In this document: one piece after another, positions 29,469-38,850 of the stretch
Layout of the letters: each line of letters begins with the position of its first letter
Numbering within the stretch: the stretch's first letter is position 1
Assembly: GCA_964635675.1 (NCBI GenBank)
Contig: CAZWPT010000004.1
Location: 4,744 to 68,743 of the forward strand
From: an uncultured Nitrososphaerota archaeon
GTDB lineage: Archaea; Thermoproteota; EX4484-205; JAAOZP01
Direction of reading: 5' to 3'
Length of the DNA: 64,000 nucleotides
Position numbers and translations under genes: made by a program
The notes under the pieces: generated by a model
Seen by the model: only the letters and a program-made list of their open reading frames with translations
Told to the model about the DNA's origin: nothing
Database searches by the model: none

Positions 29469-32400
29469 TCAAGCTACTGTGAAGCTGTAGCATCCGGATA
29501 GGACTCTATACACGACGCAACCCTTTTTCATACCGACTAGCTCCACTCCATCGGATTTTTCAGCCGGCTTCCCGTTTTCCCTCACCCTACCCGGCTCGGT
29601 TGCTGGAACATATACTAGTGCTGAAGTGTTAGCCGGGAGGATGAGCTGCAGGCGGAAAGCCTCGCCGGAGAACCACCATTCGACTGAAACCGTTCCACGA
29701 ATCGACTCGTATCTCGCGTGAACATGCCCTAGTTCCCTCAACGGGTTGGGCTTGATAATGATGCGTTTAAAGCCAGCGTCTTCAGCGTCTATTCCCGCGA
29801 CGGTTGAGAAAAGCCATTCACCCACGCTTCCGAAAGCATAATGGTTGAAAGAGTTCATCCCTGGTTCGTGAATCCCTTCTTCAGTCATACTGTTCCACCG
29901 TTCCCAAATGGTTGTAGCTCCAAGTTTAACCGGGTAGAGCCATGATGGATAGGTTTCCTGCAGGAGAAGCCTGTAAGCCACGTCAGTCCTGCCATACTTG
30001 GTTAGCGCCCGCATGAGGTGCAGCGTCCCTACGAATCCTGTGGTGAGATGCCATCCGCGGTTCTCAACATCCTTAACCAAGTGTTCTAACGCTGTTCTCT
30101 CCATCTCCTCGGGGAGCAGTTTCAAATCAAGTGCAAGGGCGTAACAAGTCTGCGTTTCTCCTTTTATCCGCCCCTCTGGTTGAACATACTCTTTAAGGAA
30201 TGCTGAGCGAACATTTTCGAATAATTCTTCAAAGCGTTCCGCGTCACCAGTTTCCCCTATTTCCCGGGCCATTACAGCCATAAGCTTAACGACGTATGCG
30301 AAATAGGCTGTTGCAAGCACATCTCTCGGCGTTTCAGAGCCTGCTGGAACCCAGTCGCCATACCCTGTTTCCGGCCGGAGGAACCCTCTGCTGTTTTCCA
30401 CAAGATAATTGATGTAGTGCCTCATCTTATCGTAGTAAAGCCGGATTACACGTGTATCCCCGTATGTCCGCCAAAGCACGTGGGGTATGATGATTCCAGC
30501 GTCCCCCCAGCATGGTGTTCCAAACCCTGCTCCAGTCGCGGGTGCGACGTCAGGATAGGCTCCGTCTTCTCTCTGGCTATCGTTCAAGTCGATCAACCAT
30601 TTAGTCATGAAAGCTGAGATATCGGCGAAGTAGGCTGCGGTTCTCGCAAATATCTGCGCATCCCCCGTCCAGCCCTGCCGCTCGTCGCGCTGAGGACAAT
30701 CCGTCGGCACCTCGAAGTAGTTACCTCGCAGGCTCCAAAGAATGTTTTGCACAAGCCTGTTTAAAAGCTGGTTTGAACATTTAAAATCTCCGGTTATCGG
30801 AATGTCTGTATGAATAACGATGCCTATCACCGCGTCCATAGGCGGCCTACTTGGGTAACCGGTGACTTCAACATACCTGAAGCCATGGTAGGTGAAACGT
30901 GGTTCAAAAACCTCCTCTCCACCACCCTTACAAATATAGACATCAGTAGCTCTTGCTCCTCTAAGGTTTGCAGTATGCAGGGTGCCGTCTGGGTTAAGGA
31001 CCTCTGCGAAACGCAGCGTGATCCTCGCGCCTGGCTCCGCGTTTCTAACCCGTAGCCTAACGACGCCAACCATGTTCTGGCCGAAATCGAATATGAAGAC
31101 ACCGGGGCAAATCTCCCTCACTGACCTAGCCGGCAGCTCCATCTCCTTCCTAACAGGCTCCCCCGGATGAGCCGTTGGCCGTAAGCCCACCTCGTAAACT
31201 AAAACTTTCTCCCAACCATTGTCTTCGAACCACGGCTCGTCCCACCCTTGGATCTCGCGCCTAGCATCGTATGTTTCGCCCATATAGTTGTCTGCTTCAA
31301 GAATCGGCCCATATGCTGCTTTCCAAGTCTCATTGCTAACAACAAGCTGTCGTTCACCATCAACATATTCTATCTCCAGCTGCAGCAGCAGGCGTGGTCC
31401 ACTTCCAAACTTGTTCAGCCTACCCCATCCACCCTGATACCCTGAGTACCACTCGCTGTGCAGAATTGCTCCTATCGCGTTTCCTCCGGGGTTAAGAAGA
31501 TCCGTAACCTCGTATGCACGGTAGTATGCGCGTCTCCGGAAGTCAGACCATCCTGGGACGAAATAATCCTCAGTAATACGCTTACCGTTTATGCGGAGCT
31601 CACAACTTCCTAGGGCGCTAACATATAGGAGGGCTCGCCTAACTCGCTTCTTAACGATGAAAGTTTTCCTCAATAGTGGTGGTGGCCGAACATACGGAGG
31701 CTTCGTTGCCAAAACACCCCACGGGGCAGTTCTGAAATCACCCAGCTCAAGCGCTTCCATCCAATCAGCGTCTTGAAAGCCAGGCTCTTCCCAGCCCTCC
31801 TCAACCTGTGCAGAAGCTTTCCAGTGCCGGTCGGTAATCAGAGTTAGCTGTTCACCATCTTCGAACAGAATCATTATTTTTCCAAGAACACCTGCCTGAC
31901 CACCAGTATTAGTGGCCTTTATAGCGAATATGTTCAACCCGGCGTGCAGCAGGCTTGTAACTTCAAATATCTTTGGACGCTGCCAGGCATAGGGTTTTCC
32001 ATCACTCCTCCCCGCTTCGGTTCCATTTACAAAAAGCACGAACTGATCGTCGGCGGTTAGCAAAAAGATTCCCCTCTTTATTTTCCTGTCTGCCGGAAGT
32101 CTTATTGCGCGGCGGAAATAGCGGTCGGCGACAGGAGCCTCTTTAAGAGGCTCACCCTCCTTAAACCATATCCATCTGCAGCCTTTAAAATTCGGTTCCT
32201 CCCATTCAGCATATTCATCATACCCGATCCACTTCGCCTCCCAATCCTCCGGCTTAAGCAAGCCCATTGTCCAATATGCGGACTCGCTCCACTTGGAAGG
32301 TCTTCCATACTTATCCCAAACCCTTACCTTCCACCAGCACTCCATTCTGGATAAAAGTTTCTCCCCATCATACTCGATTTGATTAGTTTCGCTCGACTCT

Positions 32401-32660
32401 ACTTTCCCACTATTCCATAAATCACCAATATCATTCTCTAAATTTAGCCTTGTGCTTGAAACTATAATCTGGTAAGCCGTCTGGAACTGTCCTCTTTCAG
32501 ATGATTCGACAACCCAGCTTAACCTAGGCTTTAAAACATCGATCCCAAGTGGGTTTACCCTATACTCACAACGCAACTTACTCGCTTTTAAACCCGCCGT
32601 TGCATCATACGTAGAATTGCGTAAAATAGTCGTTGATTGCAACGAACCATCCGAGACCAT
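29469..32660 (-). CDS. GH78 alpha-L-rhamnosidase
   Basis: LRCEYRVNPLGID, DFGQNMVG, FTYHGFRYVE, PTDCPQRDERQGWTGD, GATTIWERW, MNSFNHYAFG. No signal peptide. Confidence 0.97.
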   Translation of the reverse strand: MVSDGSLQSTTILRNSTYDATAGLKASKLRCEYRVNPLGIDVLKPRLSWVVESSERGQFQTAYQIIVSSTRLNLENDIGDLWNSGKVESSETNQIEYDGEKLLSRMECWWKVRVWDKYGRPSKWSESAYWTMGLLKPEDWEAKWIGYDEYAEWEEPNFKGCRWIWFKEGEPLKEAPVADRYFRRAIRLPADRKIKRGIFLLTADDQFVLFVNGTEAGRSDGKPYAWQRPKIFEVTSLLHAGLNIFAIKATNTGGQAGVLGKIMILFEDGEQLTLITDRHWKASAQVEEGWEEPGFQDADWMEALELGDFRTAPWGVLATKPPYVRPPPLLRKTFIVKKRVRRALLYVSALGSCELRINGKRITEDYFVPGWSDFRRRAYYRAYEVTDLLNPGGNAIGAILHSEWYSGYQGGWGRLNKFGSGPRLLLQLEIEYVDGERQLVVSNETWKAAYGPILEADNYMGETYDARREIQGWDEPWFEDNGWEKVLVYEVGLRPTAHPGEPVRKEMELPARSVREICPGVFIFDFGQNMVGVVRLRVRNAEPGARITLRFAEVLNPDGTLHTANLRGARATDVYICKGGGEEVFEPRFTYHGFRYVEVTGYPSRPPMDAVIGIVIHTDIPITGDFKCSNQLLNRLVQNILWSLRGNYFEVPTDCPQRDERQGWTGDAQIFARTAAYFADISAFMTKWLIDLNDSQREDGAYPDVAPATGAGFGTPCWGDAGIIIPHVLWRTYGDTRVIRLYYDKMRHYINYLVENSRGFLRPETGYGDWVPAGSETPRDVLATAYFAYVVKLMAVMAREIGETGDAERFEELFENVRSAFLKEYVQPEGRIKGETQTCYALALDLKLLPEEMERTALEHLVKDVENRGWHLTTGFVGTLHLMRALTKYGRTDVAYRLLLQETYPSWLYPVKLGATTIWERWNSMTEEGIHEPGMNSFNHYAFGSVGEWLFSTVAGIDAEDAGFKRIIIKPNPLRELGHVHARYESIRGTVSVEWWFSGEAFRLQLILPANTSALVYVPATEPGRVRENGKPAEKSDGVELVGMKKGCVVYRVLSGCYSFTVA

Positions 32661-32680
32661 TCCTATTTCTCTTTATGATT

Positions 32681-33517
32681 CTATGATTTAACCGTTTCTC
32701 TCTTTTTTTCCACGACGAATTCGCAATAAGGATCTCCCTTAGATATGCAGGTCACTTCTGTAACTTCTGCCTCCACTCCAAAGAGGGAGCTGAAGAAGCC
32801 TGCTAAAAAGCCTCTTAAGAAATGGCTCTGCGGTGCATTACTACCTTTATACATGAGGCACTCCCAATTCTCAAAAATCCTCATCCTTGCTTTCTTCATT
32901 TTTTCATCCAATTCGACGGCTTCTATGAGAGCCCATCCAAGCATCAAGGCTCTTATCTTAAGAAATTCTAAAGCCCTTATTCCTGTTACTCCATATTTTT
33001 CTCTACATGATTCTAAAATATTTTTACCGATCTCCCTCCCCTGGTACCACAGCATTGTTTGAACAACCGGGGCGTCAAAGGTTTTTCTAACACCTACTAT
33101 AAAGCTCTCTAAAACGTTCATAGGGAAAATTACTGCTCGCATATCTCCCATGGTGAGGGGGAAGTGGTAAACATCTGCATCGAAGCCTTCTAAATGTTCA
33201 AATATCCTTATTCCTCTTACAACATCGATTTTCTCCCTTGATATTTCTTCTGTAAGAAGCTTCTCAAGCTCTTCTCGCCCCATTTTAACCGGAGCCTCTA
33301 AAAACATCGAAATCTCGATTTCTTCTTTGCGAGAGATGGTTTCACTGATTATTCCGATCAGATTTAAATTGTGTTTTTTAAGTATTGAAAGGAAGGAGGC
33401 CAGTGCACCGCTCTTATTGGCTATGTTAAGAGTGATGAAGTAGGTTTTCTGATCCAGGTCCATTACGATTCTGGAGAGGTCTAGGGGACGCCGTACTTCA
33501 ACTGATTGAGTCCACAT
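32681..33517 (-). CDS. ACT + V4R domain protein (ligand-sensing regulator)
   Basis: ACT motif NKSGALASFL. V4R motifs ENWEC, FLRGFLAG, EVTCISKGDPYCEF. Confidence 0.88.
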   Translation of the reverse strand: MWTQSVEVRRPLDLSRIVMDLDQKTYFITLNIANKSGALASFLSILKKHNLNLIGIISETISRKEEIEISMFLEAPVKMGREELEKLLTEEISREKIDVVRGIRIFEHLEGFDADVYHFPLTMGDMRAVIFPMNVLESFIVGVRKTFDAPVVQTMLWYQGREIGKNILESCREKYGVTGIRALEFLKIRALMLGWALIEAVELDEKMKKARMRIFENWECLMYKGSNAPQSHFLRGFLAGFFSSLFGVEAEVTEVTCISKGDPYCEFVVEKKRETVKS

Positions 33518-33568
33518 TTCTATTTGGAGGGGAAAATGGATCTAGGCTTCTATTTATTTTTTTGATGT

Positions 33569-34627
33569 TTAGCCAATCATCGCATTCCCACACTGTTCGC
33601 AGCATTTTTCACGGCACTTTTCTATTATATACATAACTTTACGAACACTTTCAGGGGTAACAGGTAGGGATGCTCCTTCACGTAGCGTTTTATAAAGTTC
33701 CTCGTAAAACAGTATTTCTCCAGGCCCAGCATTCTTGTCTAGAACCCATTCCTCTTCTTTCCAAGGTATTTCCTCCCAATTGTAGCTACGGTCCGGAGTG
33801 GGTCTGGTTTCAACCTGCCTTGGAGTAAGGTCCTTAGGGTCAAAATACTTCCATCTCATTGAATTCCCGTTTCCAACGAGGCCTCCCTGGGTCCCCATTA
33901 TCAGCCAATAGTTCTGAGGATAAGCACATGCACGGGTAACCTCTATGTCGACAAGCGTGGAACCTAGCTCTCTAAGGATTATCTTAACATGGTCCTCCGC
34001 ATCGCCAAGCGTTAGGGTTCTCTGGAGGTCACAAAACTTTAATTCAACCTGTTCGCCCACTAGTTGAACAGCCTGGTCTATTAAATGAGAAGCATTATTG
34101 TTAAGCTCCCCTCCTCCAAACTTTCTCAAAGTCTGCCAGTCCCAACGCCTACCAAATGAGTGAAGGAGTATTTTCACAAGGACTATGCGACCCAGCTTTC
34201 CTGATCTAACTATCTCCTTAACCTTTAAGAAGTCCGGGCTGTACCTCTTGTTTTGGAAAACAGTTAGGATCCTTCCAGACTCTTTTGCAGTCCTTATCAT
34301 CTCGTCTGCTTCAGCTAGGCTTGTGGCCATCGGCTTCTCGCATACGACGTTTTTCCCGGATTTCAGCGCTTCTATAGTTTGAGGAGCATGAAGGTGGCTC
34401 GGCGTAGCTACAACTACTAGTTCAACCTCTTCATCTCTTATGAGCGAGTTGAAATCGGAGTATGCTCTGCAACTGAACCTGTTCACAGCCTCTTTCCTTC
34501 TCTCCTCAAGAGGGTCGAAGACTGCAACCACGTTGTACATGCTGGAGCATTTCTCAAGGGCGTTGGCATGAATATCCCACCCGCTTCTCCCGAGTCCAGA
34601 GATCCCGACGTTCACCCGGCTGCTCAT
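33569..34627 (-). CDS. Gfo/Idh/MocA family oxidoreductase
   Basis: GLGRSG, ATPSHLH, VCEKPMA, FQNKRY, GGELNNNASHLID. Confidence 0.95.
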   Translation of the reverse strand: MSSRVNVGISGLGRSGWDIHANALEKCSSMYNVVAVFDPLEERRKEAVNRFSCRAYSDFNSLIRDEEVELVVVATPSHLHAPQTIEALKSGKNVVCEKPMATSLAEADEMIRTAKESGRILTVFQNKRYSPDFLKVKEIVRSGKLGRIVLVKILLHSFGRRWDWQTLRKFGGGELNNNASHLIDQAVQLVGEQVELKFCDLQRTLTLGDAEDHVKIILRELGSTLVDIEVTRACAYPQNYWLIMGTQGGLVGNGNSMRWKYFDPKDLTPRQVETRPTPDRSYNWEEIPWKEEEWVLDKNAGPGEILFYEELYKTLREGASLPVTPESVRKVMYIIEKCREKCCEQCGNAMIG

Positions 34628-34649
34628 TTAAGAATCCCTCCGCAACGGC

Positions 34650-35408
34650 TCAGAACAGCCTTAAAAGATATCTTGCAAACTCGCGGACTCCTGTTTTAGG
34701 ATCCTCCTTCTCCTCGTACTCGATCGAGATAAACCCATTATAACCCTTATCCTCCAGAATCCTCTTAACCTTCTCATAGTCCACTCTAATGTTTTCAGAG
34801 ACGCTTACCTTGCCATGAATATGTACAGCGTACAGGACTGTCTTCGCAATGTCTTCGTACGTAGATTCCCTATAGTTGCCAAGGTCTAGGTTAACCCTTA
34901 GCCATGGAGAATCAACATCCTCAATTATTCTTATCACGCTGTCCGCCCTCGCCGTTATGCCTCCGTGATTCTCCAAGGCTATTACAACACCGTTTTCCTC
35001 AGCGTATTTTACACATCTCCTCAAAGCTCCTATCGTCCACAGTATTGCCTGTTCCTCAGAATACCCCTCTGGCACGTAGCCGCCGAAAACCCTTAGAGCG
35101 GGAGCACCCAGCTCACGGGCAATACCCACTCCTTCCTCCACAGCCTTTATCATTCGCTCCCTTTCCATAGGATCCGGGTTACAGAAGTTCGTCGAGATTC
35201 CGGCACAGGAGATTGGTAGTCCCCGTGAAAGTGCAATCCTTTTTAAATTCCTGAAGTATTGCGGTTCCCTTGAGGGAAGCCAGTAGAGGGTCATCTCCAC
35301 CCCATCCAGCCCAATGTTATGAGCCTCCTCAATGAAATCCTCATAGCTCATTTTCCCGTCCTTAAGATAATCCCTGTAAGAGTAGGCTGCACAACCGATC
35401 TTTATCAT
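34650..35408 (-). CDS. Sugar phosphate isomerase/epimerase (AP_endonuc_2 TIM barrel)
   Basis: Metal ligands in ALENH, NLDLGN, HIHGK, SIEYE. Confidence 0.92.
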   Translation of the reverse strand: MIKIGCAAYSYRDYLKDGKMSYEDFIEEAHNIGLDGVEMTLYWLPSREPQYFRNLKRIALSRGLPISCAGISTNFCNPDPMERERMIKAVEEGVGIARELGAPALRVFGGYVPEGYSEEQAILWTIGALRRCVKYAEENGVVIALENHGGITARADSVIRIIEDVDSPWLRVNLDLGNYRESTYEDIAKTVLYAVHIHGKVSVSENIRVDYEKVKRILEDKGYNGFISIEYEEKEDPKTGVREFARYLLRLF

Positions 35409-35495
35409 TTCTCCTCGTGAACCTGAAAAAGACTATTTATGTTTTTCAAAGACTATAATCCTTCCCTGTTAAATGCCGAGTGTCAGCCTGTTATG

Positions 35496-36245
35496 TTAAT
35501 ACCCGATTTTTCTCAGATAATTCCTGCTCTCCAGCATGCTTTTAAACGGGCTTCCTGGAGTCCAATCCTGTTCAACGACAACCCACTTCACGTTAAGCTG
35601 TGCCGTGAAGCTAAGTATGGCTGGAAACTCTATCGAACCCTTTCCAAGCTCTGAGAACCTCTTGTTCTTCATATCTTCCTCAGAACCATCTTTAAGATGC
35701 AGGTAAACAATCCTCTCCCTATTTGTCTTAATGAACTGAAGCGGGTCTACTCCTCCGAATTTAACCCAGTAAGTGTCAACGCATAGTCCGACTAACTCCG
35801 GCTCAGTGTTCTGAATAATTATTTCTATTCCCCTCTGATTGTCAGCTATTTCGTGCCCGTGATTATGGTAGCAGGTTTTAATCCCGTGCTCCCTGGAGAT
35901 TTGCCCAGCCTTGTTTAAAAACTCTGCACACTTAAAATAATCTTCATCTAAGCCTTTTCCACCGGGGCCGCTAAAAGTCAAATATTCTCCTTCAAGCGTT
36001 TCTAAAAGCCTCGCCGCCTGTTCAACCTGCTCCATGTTTCCCACACCCATGTGCAACGCGACAAGCCTTAAACCGTTTTCCAGCAGAAGCCTTCTTTTCC
36101 ACATGGTGTCTGTAGAAAATATTTCGGGAGAGGCTTCTATACCCTCGTACCCGGCTTCCCTCGCCTCGTCCAGAACTTCTTTAAGGTTTTCCCGCGGTTT
36201 TGCTCCCCAGATGATTAGTTGAGCACCAACCTTCAAGCTGCCCAT
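35496..36245 (-). CDS. Sugar phosphate isomerase/epimerase, IolE-like TIM barrel
   Basis: CYHNH, CVDTYW, HLKD, VVEQD. Likely start MGSLKV at 36245. Confidence 0.9.
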   Translation of the reverse strand: MGSLKVGAQLIIWGAKPRENLKEVLDEAREAGYEGIEASPEIFSTDTMWKRRLLLENGLRLVALHMGVGNMEQVEQAARLLETLEGEYLTFSGPGGKGLDEDYFKCAEFLNKAGQISREHGIKTCYHNHGHEIADNQRGIEIIIQNTEPELVGLCVDTYWVKFGGVDPLQFIKTNRERIVYLHLKDGSEEDMKNKRFSELGKGSIEFPAILSFTAQLNVKWVVVEQDWTPGSPFKSMLESRNYLRKIGY

Positions 36246-36334
36246 GCTTTTTCGCCTAAGCTTAAACGATATAAATCTTTCCAAGGTTTTCATGAGAAAG
36301 CTTAAATAGTTTTTCAAAAGGCTTCCCGTCGACT

Positions 36335-37468
36335 TTGTGCATTGATGTGGAAAAATGGATTAAGAAGGTGAGTTCACAATTAGATCTTAAGAAGATCGAT
36401 GAGGCGAGAAGCAGGATTGCCGCTGCATGGAATTTTAAACAAGTGGAAACACCTCCTTTAATCATTAACTGTCCCCCTCCGGATCCTTGGCCCTCCTTCA
36501 AATATTATGAAACATTTCACGATGTGGATAAGATGCTTTTGTCTCAACTAGCCTCAGTATATTCTCACGCCCTCCTTCAGGATGACGGCATGCCATGCGT
36601 AAGGGCTAATTACGGCGTAGGAATTATTCCGAACGGGTTTGGAAGCGAGGTGATCGTACAGTATGATTCTGACCAGATGCCGTGGGTTAAGGAGCCGGTT
36701 TTAAAGAAGGATCCTCCAGACTTGGGAGAGTTGAAGGATCCCTCGTCTCGTCAAAGCTTGATGACGCGCGTTATTGAAACCGAAGAGTATTTTGTTAAAC
36801 TGCTTGACGGAACCGGGGTGAGAGTATATCTATGCGACACCCAGGGGCCTTTAGATGTCGCCTATCTCCTCAGGGGGCCAAAGCTTCTAAGCGATTTCCA
36901 TCGTCACCCGGACTTTGCAAAGGAGCTCCTTGAAAGGGTTGCTGAAGTATACGTGGATTTCTCGGTTGAGCAGAAGAAAATAGTGGGGGAACCTCTTGAC
37001 CAGGGTTTCCATGGGACGCCTAACGTGTGGATGGATAAAGGCGGTGTCAGACTATGCGAAGACGTGGCTGTTATGATGAACCCGGCTCAATACAGAAAGT
37101 TCTGTATCCCGGTTAACGAGTTTTCACTGAGACCGTTTAATGGAGGCATGGGTCACTTTTGCTGCAGCGAGGCTTCAGACGGCAGACAGGTTCTTGAACC
37201 AATCTTGTCAAGCGGAGCCTTTAAAGCATTCTTCTTCGGAAGCCCAACCAAGTTCTACAGCTTAAGAGAAACCGTCGAATTGTTTCAAAGTAGGCGCGTG
37301 TGCCTAGTGTGGACTGACGGTCCCCAGGAGGGTGAGAAACCCGAGTCCTGGGTTAAACGGGTGTCGAATTCCCTTGAAGATAAAACGGGCATCATATTCT
37401 CTATAAGCGTGGAAAGCTTTAACACTGCACGCGAAATTCTTAACGAATGGAAAAGAGTATTCAGATAG
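36335..37468 (+). CDS. URO-D/MtaA-like methyltransferase-fold protein
   Basis: CDTQGPLDVAYLLRG, RLCEDVAVMMNP..Y.KF, HFC. Confidence 0.75.
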   Translation: MCIDVEKWIKKVSSQLDLKKIDEARSRIAAAWNFKQVETPPLIINCPPPDPWPSFKYYETFHDVDKMLLSQLASVYSHALLQDDGMPCVRANYGVGIIPNGFGSEVIVQYDSDQMPWVKEPVLKKDPPDLGELKDPSSRQSLMTRVIETEEYFVKLLDGTGVRVYLCDTQGPLDVAYLLRGPKLLSDFHRHPDFAKELLERVAEVYVDFSVEQKKIVGEPLDQGFHGTPNVWMDKGGVRLCEDVAVMMNPAQYRKFCIPVNEFSLRPFNGGMGHFCCSEASDGRQVLEPILSSGAFKAFFFGSPTKFYSLRETVELFQSRRVCLVWTDGPQEGEKPESWVKRVSNSLEDKTGIIFSISVESFNTAREILNEWKRVFR

Positions 37469-37513
37469 TTAAATCGTTGGAAAACAGAGTTTAACATTTT
37501 GCCGCCAGTCTTC

Positions 37514-37849
37514 TCAAGTGTTTTCCTCTAAACCGGTTTGTTGAGGAGCTGGCCCTATGCGTATCGGCCTGCCTTCGCTGAGGGCTTGAGCAGTCTTTCT
37601 CCTAGCGCTCTGTAAAAGCCTCCATACGGTCCCTCTTGAGACCCCCATCCTCTCCCCTGCTTCCTCCTGCGAAAGCCCCTCTAGGTCAACGAGCCTCAGA
37701 GCCTCAAGTTCATCAGGCTCAAGGTAAACAGGATCCGGTTTTCCATGTGTTCCAACGGGGTCAAGCCCGGTAATCGGTGGAATAGCCCCCAGCCATACTG
37801 GTTTAGGCATTCTTCCTCTTCGGCCATGCCTATGTCTCCTCCCATACAT
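37514..37849 (-). CDS. DUF134 family (UPF0251) HTH protein
   Basis: GRRGRMPK, ELEALRLVDLEGLSQEEAGERMGVSRGTVWRLL. Confidence 0.93.
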   Translation of the reverse strand: MYGRRHRHGRRGRMPKPVWLGAIPPITGLDPVGTHGKPDPVYLEPDELEALRLVDLEGLSQEEAGERMGVSRGTVWRLLQSARRKTAQALSEGRPIRIGPAPQQTGLEENT

Positions 37850-37949
37850 TGCTCATTAGCTTCCGAGCCGCAATATTTATATATTTGTGCACAGTCTCGT
37901 TATTCATGGAAAATGTGCATAATCACAAAAAGGGAGGTGAGTTTGAAAA

Positions 37950-38219
37950 ATGAGGTATAGGCACAGGAATCTTTTCTACTTAACCGGTCTCCCCGGGTGC
38001 GTCAGGCTCGGCTTCTACCCAAGATGGTTTGGGGCAGCTCCTGGAGGCATTCCGCCTGCACCTGCTCCACCTAGAATACCCTTCCCGCCGGCTTATACCA
38101 GGGAGCAGGAGCGAATGATTCTTGAGCAGCAGATTAAGATCTTGGAGTCTCAGCTGGAAGCCGTTAGAAAACGGCTTGAAGAATTAAGCGGTGAAGGAAG
38201 TCAGCGAGTAGGGGAGTGA
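37950..38219 (+). CDS. DUF5320-like small protein
   Basis: FYLTGLPG, Pro-rich linker, C-terminal coiled coil EQERMILEQQIKILESQLEAVRKRLEEL. Confidence 0.8.
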   Translation: MRYRHRNLFYLTGLPGCVRLGFYPRWFGAAPGGIPPAPAPPRIPFPPAYTREQERMILEQQIKILESQLEAVRKRLEELSGEGSQRVGE

Positions 38220-38422
38220 TAATATGCCAAGCGGGTTCTGCTGGTTCTGGTGGCTGGCACCGTCCTACTGGCATCCTTATTCTCAGTGCTTCTGAAGGCT
38301 ATACCCATGGTTTCCACGGGCGCGCTAGGAGAATCGGTGAAAACCCTAGGGAATGGTCGATTAACAGTAAGACGTATATAGACATCATGTATAGTGCAGG
38401 TATCTAAGCATGGTGATTCGGA

Positions 38423-38794
38423 ATGAGGATTATAATACCTGTGGAGGATGATCGTGGCTTGGATTCACGCTTATCCGAACACTTCGGCAGGGCTCCCTTC
38501 TTCATAGTCTTTGAGCTGGATGATGAGGGGAAAATCTTAAAGCAGGAGACTGTGCGCAATGAGGGTGAACATTTCGGAGGAACAGGACGGCCTGCTGACC
38601 GTATACTGCAACTTAAGCCTGACGCAGTAATCGCCTATGGGATGGGACCGAGGGCACTGGCCATGTTCCAGCAAGCGAAGATAGCTGTCTTAAAAGCTAA
38701 TTCAAACATCGTCAGAGACTTGGTTTCATCCTATGTTAAAGATGAGCTTGAAGAGTTGACTGAAGGTTGTCATCAAGCCCGTCATAAACATTAA
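38423..38794 (+). CDS. NifB/NifX family dinitrogenase Fe-Mo cofactor-like protein
   Basis: SEHFGRAPFF, GMGPRA, C-terminal GCH. Confidence 0.92.
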   Translation: MRIIIPVEDDRGLDSRLSEHFGRAPFFIVFELDDEGKILKQETVRNEGEHFGGTGRPADRILQLKPDAVIAYGMGPRALAMFQQAKIAVLKANSNIVRDLVSSYVKDELEELTEGCHQARHKH

Positions 38795-38850
38795 TCCGCG
38801 AGTCTTCTGCTAAGTTTATAAGTTGAAACCGTGGGCTATGTTAAGCAGCA

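Noticed and set aside
38216-38407. 63-aa ORF MIICQAG
   Set aside because: No motif. The alternative frame from ATG 38224 looks more like a decayed gene.
38423-38794. Nitrogen fixation inferred from the NifB/NifX-like gene
   Set aside because: This family is widespread in non-diazotrophic archaea and no nifHDK genes are present.
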